From the human T2T-CHM13v2.0 reference genome, Homo sapiens, in NCBI RefSeq assembly GCF_009914755.1, contig NC_060932.1: a stretch of 64,000 bases of DNA. The stretch is one strand, 5' to 3'. A program made the translations under genes and the position numbers. Below are positions 12,254-25,049 of the stretch, one piece after another (positions within the stretch are counted from its first letter, which is position 1; each line of letters starts with the position of its first letter). Under the pieces are notes generated by a model. The model was given only the letters and a program-made list of their open reading frames with translations. It had not been told where the DNA came from and did no database searches.

Positions 12254-13650
12254 CTTCAGAATTTTCTCACTTCTTTCCAAACGATCAGTATCCCCCAATT
12301 AAAGCCCACAGTTCAGGCCAAACATCATAAAAAAAAAATACTTGTTTATTTCCATCTCATTCTGGGGTTTATAATTCTTCTTTTGGATGCTTTTGGGGAA
12401 AAAAATTCACCAAGGTCAAGGGCTGTGAAGACGTTTTTGCCTAAGAAGATCATCATGCAGGCAGACTAATTCTTTTCCTAAGCTATTATTTGGCAACTTG
12501 CAAGGAGGACTTGGCTTAACCTTGAGAAACTGTTCTTTGAATGATCAGGAAAAAAGATGAGAATTCTTCCTTTATTTACTCCCTTCGTCTTCATTGTTCA
12601 GATGGTAAACCTGGCTCCTGTGCTTGGAGAACGGAGAAAACGACTGGTATTTATTTGTCCATTTGGTATTTTCCACTAATAGTGATCTGTTCCAGTTCTG
12701 TGCATGTCACCCTCAACTGTGTCCAACATGATGAGAAAAGAATGTATATTTCTGGATAGAGGTGGTTTACATCACACTCATTGAGGATTTAACAGAATAA
12801 TTATGCTCTGAGGAAATCTAGAATAAATTGGAAATTTAAATTTTTCCACTTTCAGTTTGAATAATGCTCCAACTGTTTGCTATAGGATTATAATTTAGAA
12901 CATGTGCTAAATATGTTATCAGGAAAGAATTTAAAAATCCATCCAAATATCATAACTTACCCCAAAATTAAAAAAAGGAAAAAGAAAAAAGAAACCTCAT
13001 TCATTTCCAAAAATCAAGATCAGTCGTATGTGAATCTGTGAATCCTTATAAGAAATGTTTATTGTTCAAGAAAGAAGCCTCCTCTGGTGGTTGATAAGCA
13101 ATTCTCCACGGCAGAGAAATGCTAATGTTTTGTTCTTATGTCTTGATTGATGCTTTCACTACTTATTCTTCAGGCTATAAGACAGAAGGAAACACAGTGT
13201 TACCTTCTTTCATAATTACAAATTCCAACACCTCTTTCTCCCCCCCACCCCCTGTCTCTCTTCTACTTCTCATATTACCTTAACCATCAAATTCAAATGC
13301 ATCTGAATTTGTAAAGTTAATCTTTCAGGTTCTAAATAACCTGTATATATAAAATATCTCCATTACTAATGCCATCTCCACATACGTACAAGAAAATGTA
13401 TAGCTCTACATTGTCAATCCAGACACTAAATTCATTCCAAATGTTTTTAAATAAAAATAATGAATTGATTTTTATTTATGGCATGCTGCATACACCCATC
13501 TTTAAGTTTCAGGTATAACTACATGCAGAACCCTCTTGTTGAAAGTGCAGAGCAACATTACAGTGGCTAAATTTCAAATTAATATAAGCCTCGTTGTCCA
13601 CTCATTCAGAATTTTCTCTGTTAGAAGAATAGAAAAAAAAATTGTTTCTG

Positions 13651-13932
13651 GGCCAGGTGCAGTGGCTCATGCCTGTAATCCCAACACTTTGGGAGGTAGA
13701 GGTGGGCAGATCACGAGGTCAGGATATCAAGACTATCCTGGCCAACATGGTGAAACCCCGTCTCTACTAAAAATACAAAAATTAGCTGGGCATGGTAGCA
13801 TGCCTGTAGTCCCAGCTACTCAGGAGGCTGAAGCAGGAGAATCGCTTGAACCTGATGCAGTGAGCCGAGATCGTGCCACTGCACTCCAGCCTGGCAACAG
13901 AGGGAGACTCCATGTCAAAAAAAAAAAAAAAA
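13651..13932 (+). mobile_element. AluSc-like element with a small right-arm deletion
   Basis: Dimer plus poly-A; TSD aaaaaaaaatt(g/c)tttctg on both sides. Confidence 0.95.
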
Positions 13933-14084
13933 TTCTTTCTGGCCTTACTTGCAAAAAGTATTGATTTAATCAAATTGAGAGCCAATTTTTGAAGGATTTT
14001 TAGTTTTGTTTTTTTCTTTATGACAACAAGATACTACCTCTTACAACATGCCTACTACGAGTCATGAATTTTACATTTACTTTA

Positions 14085-14225
14085 CATTTTAATTTAATCC
14101 ACAGACCACTTTTACTATGTGTGCCATTTCCACCCCTTTTAAAGGTGAGAACACTGAGGTTTCACTTGGCTAAATTAATGGCACAAGATCAAACAGCTGT
14201 TAAGCAGTGGAACTTGAACCCTGGA
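14085..14225 (-). mobile_element. MIR
   Basis: ccccttttaaaggtgagaacactgagg ... gaacttgaaccctgg is a reverse MIR core. Confidence 0.7.
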
Positions 14226-14512
14226 AAAACTCATAAGCAGGAGGTGAGAGAGCTTGTTGACATCTTCTGCCGGGGATTTCTCGCATGCTGCTGAAGAAGT
14301 GCTCCAGCTGAAAGGAAGCTGCTGGAAAAGCATCTTCTAGTGGTGGCTGTTTCCCTTAAAGAATATTTTAGAGGGAAGGGTGGCAAAAGTGTTAGAGCAG
14401 GTTAGACTCTTTTCACAGGTTTTCCCATCTTCCTTCGCTAAGGTCCAAATGTCTCACTGGCAGTCTGGTAAATGAAAATTCAAAAGCTACAAAAGAAAAT
14501 TCTATCACTCAC

Positions 14513-14582
14513 CTAGAAACACAGAGCATATGTTGAAATTTCATTTTCCAAAAACAGTGCTGTCATAGAATATTCTTAGGAT
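14513..14582 (-). ncRNA. Candidate 70-nt internal exon on the minus strand
   Basis: Acceptor ttcttattcag| and strong donor tag|gtgagt. Prediction only. Confidence 0.25.
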
Positions 14583-15557
14583 CTGAATAAGAATTTGAAC
14601 ATTGTTGGTATAATGTAGACTAAAAAAATTGAGACTATATGCATATTTTTAAAAATAGCTTTGAAATGTTTGAAATTTTGCCTTAGCATGACCCTGGTAG
14701 CTATAGCCACTTTTTAGTAGTTGTTATAAAAATTAAAATCCTGTTTTAGAATCTCATACTCTGCTACCATCCGGTCATGACCTAAAGAAATTCAACAGTC
14801 CTTGTCATCTTCAAAAATTAATGTGACATAAGGGTTGAAAGTTCTCACTGAGCAAATAAGTATAATTTCATTTTTATAAACTGCAAAGATGAACACTTTT
14901 GAGATTAAAAAGAGTTTGAAGGACAGCATCTTCACGTAACAGTAAGAAGACCAAATATTCACAGCTAAACAGTCTTTAGTCATGATTACATAGTTAGAGA
15001 AAATCAGATGAAAGGGTTTTTTTTTTAAACTTATAGTAAAAGTGGTATATTAAGAACTTAATCCCATAATGAGGAAAAATATCACATTCTTCCTTTTTAT
15101 AGTCATTGTAATTATTCAGATCCTTTCTGAATACATAGAAATAATGACAAATTAAAATGTCTTTCAGTTCCCTATAGCTTTTGTAATTATTCATCCATTA
15201 CTGTTATTTTTGCTGGAAAGGCTACTTCATATTTTAGTCAGCATCCCATTTGATACAAAAGAACACGGAAAATTTCACTGCTATTAATAAACACGCAGCC
15301 ATCCAATCCAAGAAGAAAATTCTTTTTCATCTGAGAGATAAGCTGCATAATTCATGTATTTTCAGAAATTTCTTTAAATAGAAAATTGAAGAAAGGCATA
15401 GGGAAAAAAATTCATCACATAGCTTCCATTTGTGGCGAAGGGCAGTCTTTGTTCTCTGACAGCCTTAAATATGATTCCATCTGAAGAGAGAATTTCAATT
15501 GCGCCATATACATACCAGTCATAGTCAGATAGCTCATCTTCTTTTTGACATATATGA

Positions 15558-15944
<387 letters not shown>

Positions 15945-16322
15945 TAACTGAGTGTTAATAGGGACTTTTCATGGGGTCTCAGGAAGCAGTTAGAAAAATG
16001 TTGGGCAATTTGGAATGGGTACCTCTGCCTTCCCAAAAGAGAAGTGTCCCTGTCAGGGAATGTGGCGCGACATAGAACTTCTGTGATGTTCAGCCCCTAT
16101 TGAAGTCTGGGCCACACGGGGCATGTGGCAGCCTTCTAGCACAAGCCAGATGAGAATCACATCTGTAGGAACAGCCATGTCCAAAAGCTTCCGCTTCTTC
16201 CACCACTAGTCTTTCCCCTTATTCTCATCCTGAAGGTCCAGGATAGGGGGATTCTCTGACCTGGTTTTGAGACAGAAATCTTAAGATAGACTAGTAACAA
16301 CCATTGAAAATGGTCTCACCTT

Positions 16323-16871
<549 letters not shown>

Positions 16872-17169
16872 TTACATGAAATGATACGGCCAGAGTTTGT
16901 TAGGAGAGGAGGAGTCATGTCTAAGGCATTTTTCACAAAAATGTTGCTGAACAGTCATGACTTGGAACTTGTTCAGCCTATTGCCTGAGAACTGAATGAC
17001 ATCCAAGGACATAACACTTTGGGCCCATAAATTAAAATAGTGCATTGATAAACCAAATGAAGTTATATTTCCAAAATTGAACATTTCCTAATTTCTATTC
17101 TTGTATTTCCTAACTTGGCCAATAAATATTCAAGACAAAAGTGCAGCGTTTTCCCTGGCCAGTTCCTTT

Positions 17170-17660
17170 TTCTCCATCAGCCCATAATCAATCAATCCCA
17201 AATCTTATTGGTCTCCTACTTCTCTCTTAAATGTCCCATTTCCTCTGCATCCCCTGCCCCATGTCCTACTCCTGGTCTGTGGCATTGCACTAGTTTTCTA
17301 TCTGGGATGTTTGCAGTCAGCTCTGCAGCCTCATCACACTGGTGTTGCAATGCCTCACTGGGTTCCCAGCACCTTCTGAGAAAATAAAAATGTCTTAATA
17401 TGACACATAAAGGTCACTGTAATGTCACTGGCATCTTCTTCTCCATTCCTGTCTTTTACTCATTATTCCTTGCGATTACTCCACCTATCTGGATCACAGA
17501 AAATCAGGTGAGGCTCCTCTACGTGCTGGCTCTCACATGTTGCCATGGTTGGTGCAGGCAGTTCCTTCTGCTTGGAAACTCATCCCCCACCTCTCTGCTT
17601 GCCCAGCCTCTCCTATCCCCCTTGGTGGAAACCTGCTTCTTCCAGATCGTGTTTCCTGAA
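17170..17660 (+). mobile_element. L2 fragment
   Basis: Pyrimidine-rich degenerate L2 3' region motifs. Confidence 0.5.
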
Positions 17661-18494
17661 TTTACCCTGACACAACAAAATGTATTTGGAATATTTTGAG
17701 CAACCACCTGGGAGTGGAGAACAAAACTTTAAGAAAATGCCCAAGCTACAGAAGGAAACTGCTGTGCTTAAGACAAGGGGCACAAGGTGTCTTGCTTCTG
17801 AAAAGGGTGAATGTCAGCGGGATGAGGGGGTTTGGAGAAAAAAAAAAAGAGAAGAGAAAGAGAATATGAGAGAAGGGGAAGAGGCCTAGAGAGAATAGAA
17901 TCAGGAAGATGGCTTTGTTCTCTGCATGTTGATAGCTCTGTATGACAACCAAATCTTCAATACAGTCATCTAGACAAATAAAATACTTCCAAAGTGGTAA
18001 TTTGTATTGGAAGCCTATGTAGTCTGATTGATATGGGGAGTGGGAAAAAGAAGCACTCAAATGTACAGGGGAGAAAGATGAAGAGAGATCATTAAGATGT
18101 TGGGAATCAAAAGTGGAGGCAGGACTTTGGACCCTAACAGGTTATAGACTTTTTTGGGTAGTCCTAAGCCCATTCAGGACGACTGAAAGTAGAATGGGGT
18201 TCAGTTGACACCTCTGAGATCTGATGAACATAACAATTTATCCAAAACCTTCTTGAAAAAAACAAATCACAAATGTTTTAACCCATGGAATAAAGAAATA
18301 ATTTAAGAAAACTCAGGCTAATTCAGAGAAAAGTCAGGTATTGGGAACATTCAAGAAATTGGGAACATTCGAAAGTATAGCACTTTTAAAATGAATTCAA
18401 CTCTTCTGCTTCCTAATACATATACACTAGCAAAATTGATAAGAACGATTTGTAATTGACTTACCAAAACACCTAAGAAAACAAGCCTCCTCTG

Positions 18495-18527
18495 CTTATA
18501 TAGAATTTGCATTGTTTATATGCAAAT
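18495..18527 (-). promoter_or_regulatory. Candidate core promoter: inverted octamer pair with SOX/FOX spacer next to a TATA box
   Basis: ATTTGCAT (18505-12), TGTTTAT spacer, ATGCAAAT (18520-27); minus-strand TATATAAG at 18502-18495. Confidence 0.4.
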
Positions 18528-18649
18528 GACCACTCCTGATGTGCTTCAGAACAGTTTATTCCCTTAAGAAGGCAAATATTCTCTTTATAATCTTGTTTAC
18601 ACTATTCATTTGCTTTGCAAAACGTTTTTCATAAAATCACAAATTAATG

Positions 18650-18725
18650 AAATGTTAGAGCCAGAAGGGATCCCAGAGATTATCTAGGGAGGTCGAACAT
18701 CATCATTTTACAGATGAGGAAACTT
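18650..18725 (-). mobile_element. MIR/MIR3 fragment
   Basis: tcattttacagatgaggaaact core. Confidence 0.7.
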
Positions 18726-18896
18726 GCTAGAACTCCTAATACACACACATCCTCCTCATTCCTGAGATCCACAACATCACAACCTGACCTCCATTATTTG
18801 GGTGACTCCATTCCCTTCTACTTTGGGGGTTCTGGCTACAGCTGAGGCAGAGCAAGGGGTCTGCAAAGTGCTAGGCTTTGGGCATCATCAGGACCC

Positions 18897-19507
18897 TGTA
18901 ACCAAAAAATAAAATTCTAAGAAACCCTCCCCATAACCATTAGAATGGACTTCCTGCTCAGCCAGGGCTCTTTTAAAATTTAACCTAAGAAACTGTTTCA
19001 GGCCATGATGGGAAATAGGAGTCGGACTTGCCTCATTATACCTCTCCAGCATGAACATCAATACAGACTTTAAGTCTGATAAGAAACACTTTGCAACCTA
19101 TTTTCTCGGGAGCCTACTATCTGAAGGCTTCCTCTGCAAATAAAAACTTGTGCCTCTGCAACCCTTTGTTTTAACCCAGACATTCCTTTCTGTTAATCCC
19201 AGGTCTTTAGACAAACTCAACCAATTGTCAACCAAAAAATGTTTACATTTACCTATAGCCTGGAAGCCTCCGAACCCCGCTTCTAGTTGTCCCACCTTTC
19301 TGGACTAAACCAATGTACTTTTTAAATGTATTTGATTGATGTCTCTTGCCTCCCTAAAATGTGTATAAAACCAAGCTACACCCCGACCACCTTAAGCACA
19401 TGTTCTCAGGACCTCCTGAAGGCTGCATCGCGGGCCATAGTAACTCATATTTGGCTAAGAATACATCTATTTAAATATTTTACAGAGTTTAACTCTTTTT
19501 GTCGACG
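18897..19507 (+). mobile_element. ERV1 solo LTR, MER4 family (MER4B-like)
   Basis: Starts tgtaaccaaaaaataaaattctaag and ends cagagtttaactctttttgtcgac; about 610 bp. Confidence 0.88.
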
Positions 19508-19644
19508 ACAACATATTAGCCTCCTCATCTGAAGTGAGAGAGTTCAGTACCCCTCTTCTATTCACTTACAGAACTCGAAATCTGGTTAATCCTTGTTTGT
19601 TTCCAACCCCTAGCTCCTGCATTCTCTCCCCTAATCTTTCCTGA

Positions 19645-20016
<372 letters not shown>

Positions 20017-20399
20017 TTTTATTGCATTTTTCTAAGTGCTTTTCTTTATTGTTTCAGTAGCCATGTCACATTGCAATATTTTATGTACTGTCTGTGTCCT
20101 CTTCAAGGAAGCCTGGGGACTGTGTCTCTCTATTTGTGTATTTTCAATGCTTGCTACACATTAAAGGCCTGACACACATTAAAACATAATCTTTTGTAAA
20201 TAAACACATGAGGAAAATCAGAAAAGGAATCACTTGGCACATTGGGAAGAAGCCTCACTCCCAGATCCTCACATTTCTCCTTGACTGTCCTATCCTGGGC
20301 AAGTCCATTCCCATCCTGCATTTTCAGATAAGAAAAACAATTAGGTGTTGAAAGCATCTATATCTCTATTCTTATCTCCTCCTACTATTCTTGTAATGT

Positions 20400-20630
20400 A
20401 TTCAAAGGGCTTGTGATTGAAAGTTAGGTTTTAAGCTTGATTTTAAACTTCCATACCAATTGTTACTAGTTGGATGTTCATGTACATGGTTATTAATTTC
20501 ATTTAGCCTCAGTTTATTCATCTATAAAACAAAGACATCGATAATATCTTCCTCCTAGGAATGTCATGAAGATTAAATGATATAATGTAGATGAATGTGA
20601 CCAGTAACCACTAAACATTTAGAAATGCTT
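20400..20630 (+). mobile_element. MIR
   Basis: agcctcagtttattcatctataaaa ... gaagattaaatga. Confidence 0.7.
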
Positions 20631-20667
20631 GTTTCCTTACTCTTAGTTACTTGAAAGAAAAATTTCT

Positions 20668-21729
20668 GATGTAGCTCTTGTACAATAGAGTTTGTCAGGT
20701 CTTTTTTCCAAGTTCTTGAGGTGGAGGTCTAAGCCCTTGGGATTTCCCAAATGATAGCAGTATCTTTGTAATTCATGGTGGAACTTGACAGCTTATGCTA
20801 ATGAGGTGACTCATAGTGAGTCCCTAGATAGATTCAGGATGAAGTCTGGCCATGCTGGAAAGATAAACTGTGTGATCAGAGGGTTGAGGCCAAATAATAG
20901 TAGCCCAACCTTTAGGGAGGAGAGGCTGGACAATGAGTTCAGTCACATGACCAATACTTCAGTCATACCTAAGTAATGAAAGCATAATAAAACTCTGGAC
21001 ACCAAAGCTCAGTTGAGTGAACACATCAGCGTGATGAGGGAGTATTGTGTCTTGATAAGACAGCTGAGTGCAAAGAGGTTCCCAGGAAAACTCCAACCAG
21101 CCTGTGCACTGGGGTGGAGCCTCAGGAAGTTGGCACCCTTTGCAGTGGACAAGGAGCCTGGCCCCTCCTCTTCCTGTGTGGAACCTGGGATTCAAGCTGC
21201 GGGCAGGAAGTGCACCAGCAGGGACTCTGGCTTGTGAAGGGTCCCTCCTTCCCTTTTTTCCCTTTTCACCCAATAAAATCCTGTCTTACTCACCTTTTAA
21301 ATTGTCTGCAAGCCTAAATTTTTGTGGCCATGTGACAAGGACCCCATCTTTAGCTGAACTAAAGAAAAGTCCCACAACCCTGATTTCACAAGAAGAGGAC
21401 AAACAAGCTCCAAATTTGGGACCCTCCTAGACCTTCTTATATACATCTTGTCATTTGGTTGGTCCTGATTTGTAGCCTTCATAATAAAACTGTAATTGCA
21501 AGTCTAGCTCTCTCCCGAGTTCTGACATTCCTTCTAGGTATTAAACCTGAGGGAGTAATGGGAACCCCAAATTTGTAGCCAATTGGTCAGAAGTGCAGGC
21601 ATCCTGGGACCCTCAGAGCTTGCAGCTGACATCTGAAGTGAGGGCGGTCTTGCTGAAGTCTGTGCCCTTAAGTTGTGAAGTCTGCACTAACTCTAGGTAG
21701 TTAGCGTCAGAATTGCATTGCAATATTGC
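20668..21729 (+). mobile_element. MER21-family solo LTR split by a MER61 LTR
   Basis: MER21 motifs (cccttgggatttccc, ttatgctaatgaggtgact; end gttagcgtcagaattgcattg). Confidence 0.8.
21056..21379 (+). mobile_element. MER61-family solo LTR nested in MER21
   Basis: aaactccaaccagcctgtgcactggggtggagcc ... cccaataaaa ... tttagctgaactaa; 4-bp TSD ttga/ctga. Confidence 0.8.
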
Positions 21730-21879
21730 AGTAGCAAACCTCTCTGATTCTGATTCTGTTTCTGTTTTTTAGTATACAGAGCTCAATCCCACTCCACGTT
21801 GGCAGGTACAGAGAGCATCCAAGATGCCAGGCCAGGAATTTCTCTGCAGGGGAGCATATGGCAGATGCAGTTCAATATG

Positions 21880-22100
21880 TGCCCAAGAGTGAGGTTTACT
21901 ATCAAATGCCCAACTTCAAATTCCAGTTCTGGCACGTAGCAGCTCTGTAGCTCTTGCCTCAGTTTCCTGAACTATAAAATGGGTATAATATAATAACACA
22001 CAGACCTCACAGGGCTGCTTTGAAGATTAAATGAATTAATATATGGAAGTATTACATACCTGGTACATATGGAGCAACAAATAAATGTGATCTATTATTT
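21880..22100 (+). mobile_element. MIR
   Basis: gcctcagtttcctgaactataaaatggg ... gaagattaaatga ... aataaatgt. Confidence 0.8.
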
Positions 22101-22364
22101 ATTATTTATTATTATTTATTTGCTACATGAGCCTCGGTTTTAGGCTAAGTCAATTACTAAGTTATATAATTGGCAGAAACAGAGACAGGGGACTGAAGTC
22201 AGATATACCTTCTAGAAGCCAAGAGTAGCCCTGGTTTTACCTGTTCAAGGGCAAGCAAAGGATCATGGGACGTGGTGGGATGTGGCAAAAAGATGGTAGA
22301 AGTGGGGGAATGTTAATATTTGATTTCACAATTCTCCCCTCAACAAAGGGTATAATGGTCTAGT

Positions 22365-22570
22365 CTACACTGCCCACTTAGGTACCCAGTAGCCATGTGT
22401 GGCTATTTAAATATAAAATAATTAAAATTAAATACAATTTAAAATTCAGTTCCTCAGTCACACTAGCCACTTTCAAGTATTAGCAATCGAGTCTGGCCAG
22501 TGGCTACTGTGTTATAAAGTAGATACAAAACATGTCGCTCACCACGGAACATTCCACTGGACAGTTCTGG
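22365..22570. mobile_element. MER33-like hAT-Charlie MITE
   Basis: tagccatgtgtggcta ... aaaattcagttcctcagtcacactagccac ... ggacagttctg. Confidence 0.75.
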
Positions 22571-23297
22571 GCTAGTGTCACTGAAAGTGTCTGAAATCAG
22601 ATATGTTTTGAAATGCAAATCAATCCACTGATTTTTCCCAAATAGAAAATAAAATGAAAAAAATAACAGGTGAATTTGAGAGAGAAACGAGCCACTGCTA
22701 TGTTGTAATAATTTGTGTCTCTCTCTCAAACACTGCAGTGCCTCGAAGTGCAGGGAGCAGGGGAAGGGAAAATGTCGGACTCCCCTTTAGCTCATGAGCA
22801 CGTCTCCTGGGGTACACATTCTGTGAAAATCTAGAGTCCCACAGTGCCAGCAATTACTACTATGTTCAGGTCAGCCACTGGCAGGAGTGGAAAGTTACTC
22901 TCCAAAGCTGGCCCTCGGGCAGAGTGGGACTGAAGGATGGAGAGGCAGAGCAGCAGGTGCAAGGGATGAGTTGGCAGAAGTATGTTTTGTTGGGGGGAGG
23001 AATGTGTGGTGGAGAGGCCGGAGGGGAGGGAAGGACTGGGAACAGAAGTGGTGAAGTTTGAAAAGAAGCACTGTATGTGGTAGGTTGCTGAGAAGGAGAA
23101 TGGGAAGTAGTGTGGAATGGGATGCAGCCCTGCTTGCAGAAGGAACATGCCAGGCTGAGATGGAGAAAAAGAAGTTGGGAAGCTGATGGAGAAGACCAGG
23201 GAGGCTGTACTCATGTGTGGGCCACCGAGGGGTCAGGGAGGACCCTGGCTGGCCTATGAGCGGTAGAAAAAGCAGTAATATGATCATCCGATTTTTA

Positions 23298-23621
23298 ATT
23301 TAATTTTGTTTTATTTATTTATTTATTTATTTATTTTTAGAGACAGGATCTCACTCTGTCACCCAGGCTGGAGTGCAGTGGTGTGATCATAGCTCACTGC
23401 AGTCTCAAACTCCTGGGCTCAAGTGATCCTCCCACCTCAGGCTCTGGAGTAGCTGGGACTACATGTACATGCCACCACTCCCAGCTAATTGTTTTATTTT
23501 TTGTAGATACGGTGTGGTACTATGTTGCCCAGGCTGGTCTCCAACTCCTGGCCTCAACTGATCCACCCGCTTCTGCCTCTCAAAGTGCTGGAATTATACG
23601 CATGAACCAGTGTGCCTGACC
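23298..23621 (-). mobile_element. AluJ
   Basis: J-type diagnostics (gatcatagctcactgcag, tatgttgcccagg); TSD tcat(c/a)c(g/a)attttta. Confidence 0.93.
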
Positions 23622-23769
23622 TCATACAATTTTTATAACAAATTATTTGATAATAATTATACTATCGGGACAATGCTGAAACAACATTATGTAACAGAAT
23701 AAGTGAACTGTGGAAAAGAATGAAATGATGATCAATCAACACAATGGATTTATCACTAAATGGCTGCAT

Positions 23770-23860
23770 TGGAAATGTCACTTCATCTCCACAAGCCTCA
23801 ATTTCTTCATCTATTCAATGAAGAATTGGACCAGGCCATTCCCTAAGTTCCTTTCACCTC
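23770..23860 (+). mobile_element. MIR3 fragment
   Basis: gcctcaatttcttcatct ... ttggaccag ... aagttcctttc. Confidence 0.6.
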
Positions 23861-24020
23861 CACCAGGCTGAATGCCTGTGGCCTGGCCAACGTCATTGCA
23901 GCAGAGATGGGCTCACGCCTCTAACGTCACTCAGCTCCAAGTTCAGCAGTTTCTGTCAGTCCTGTCTAAAATGAACACAAATTCCAAAATGACAAATCCA
24001 CAGATAGAGTGAATTCTATG

Positions 24021-24046
24021 CTAACTTTTTTTTTTTCTCCTTCAGG
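24021..24046 (+). other. Near-consensus 3' splice acceptor
   Basis: Branch point CTAAC, long pyrimidine tract, CAG|G. Confidence 0.45.
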
Positions 24047-24529
24047 CTCAGAGTTTACGTGCCATCCAGCACCCAGCTACAAACACAGCCAAACCTTTCA
24101 GCAGACGTCCATATCCATTACTGAAAGCTGTCAGCACATTCTGCAGACAGGGCCAAACTGTAACTTATAAACGTGCTGATAGGCCACGGAAGAGGATAGA
24201 GAAAGCCAGCACATGCTTGCGGAGGCTCTGGGAGACTGTGGTCTGGTGTGGCAACCCCCAGGGCATCCAGGTCTGGACAAATACAAAGCAAAGCCCATAC
24301 TGCAAAGGCAGCGATGGGTGTAGCGTCTGCTGTAGTCAAACTCAATGTTGTAGAAACAGTTCAGCCACGTCTGGGAATTATCTTAGTCAAAATCCACCCT
24401 GATCCCCCACCCCAAATAACGATATCCTCCAAATTGTTCCAGCAGGACATCGAGGATATGGAATGGGACACAGTGCTGTGGAGTGTGGTCCTGCTGGTGC
24501 CACTCAGCACCGTCTAAATCATGGAACCT

Positions 24530-24660
24530 AGAGCAGATGACTTCACCTCTATGAGCCTCAGTTCCCTAATCTCTAAATTAAGAAGACACTGGCCGTATAG
24601 GCCTTTGGTGAGGAATAAATGAGTGAAAGGAAGCCCTTTATAAATGGTAAAGTAGTCGTA
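24530..24660 (+). mobile_element. MIR fragment
   Basis: acttcacctctatgagcctcagttccctaatct ... gtgaggaataaatgag. Confidence 0.65.
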
Positions 24661-25049
24661 AAGCTATTCAGGTAGAAATCATTAGAATTATAACTTTATA
24701 TCATCATATGACCTTACCACCCCTTAAAGACTATTTTATACATTTTAACTGAGATAAGGTAGAGGGAACAACATTAGCCAACCAAAGCATTATCGATGAT
24801 TTGCTTATATGATGAATACTATCATCATGGACTTCCAAGTGTCCAGGGAATTGAATTTAATATATTGAAGCTACTGGAAACAAGACATGTCAAGCTGGGT
24901 GTTGGAAATTTCACCCTATGCAGTCAAAAACTGCAAAAAATGTTGAAGCCAGTGGTGGAGAGGGAAGGGCAGTCAGGGAAGGGGATGCCACAGGGAGGTG
25001 CACATGTGTGGGAGGGGCCAACTGAGTCTATTTTCAACCTCACAACTCT

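Noticed and set aside
18465-18472. 8-nt minus-strand microexon (ttcttag|gtgttttg|gtaagt)
   Set aside because: Not frame-preserving and no coding context; only the donor is retained in the lncRNA hypothesis.
21056-21379. p53 response element in MER61
   Set aside because: No tandem RRRCWWGYYY decamers visible in this copy.
22831-23287. 127-130 aa minus-strand ORFs, one with a signal-peptide-like start
   Set aside because: Arise from purine-rich low-complexity or L2-like sequence that lacks stops on the pyrimidine strand.
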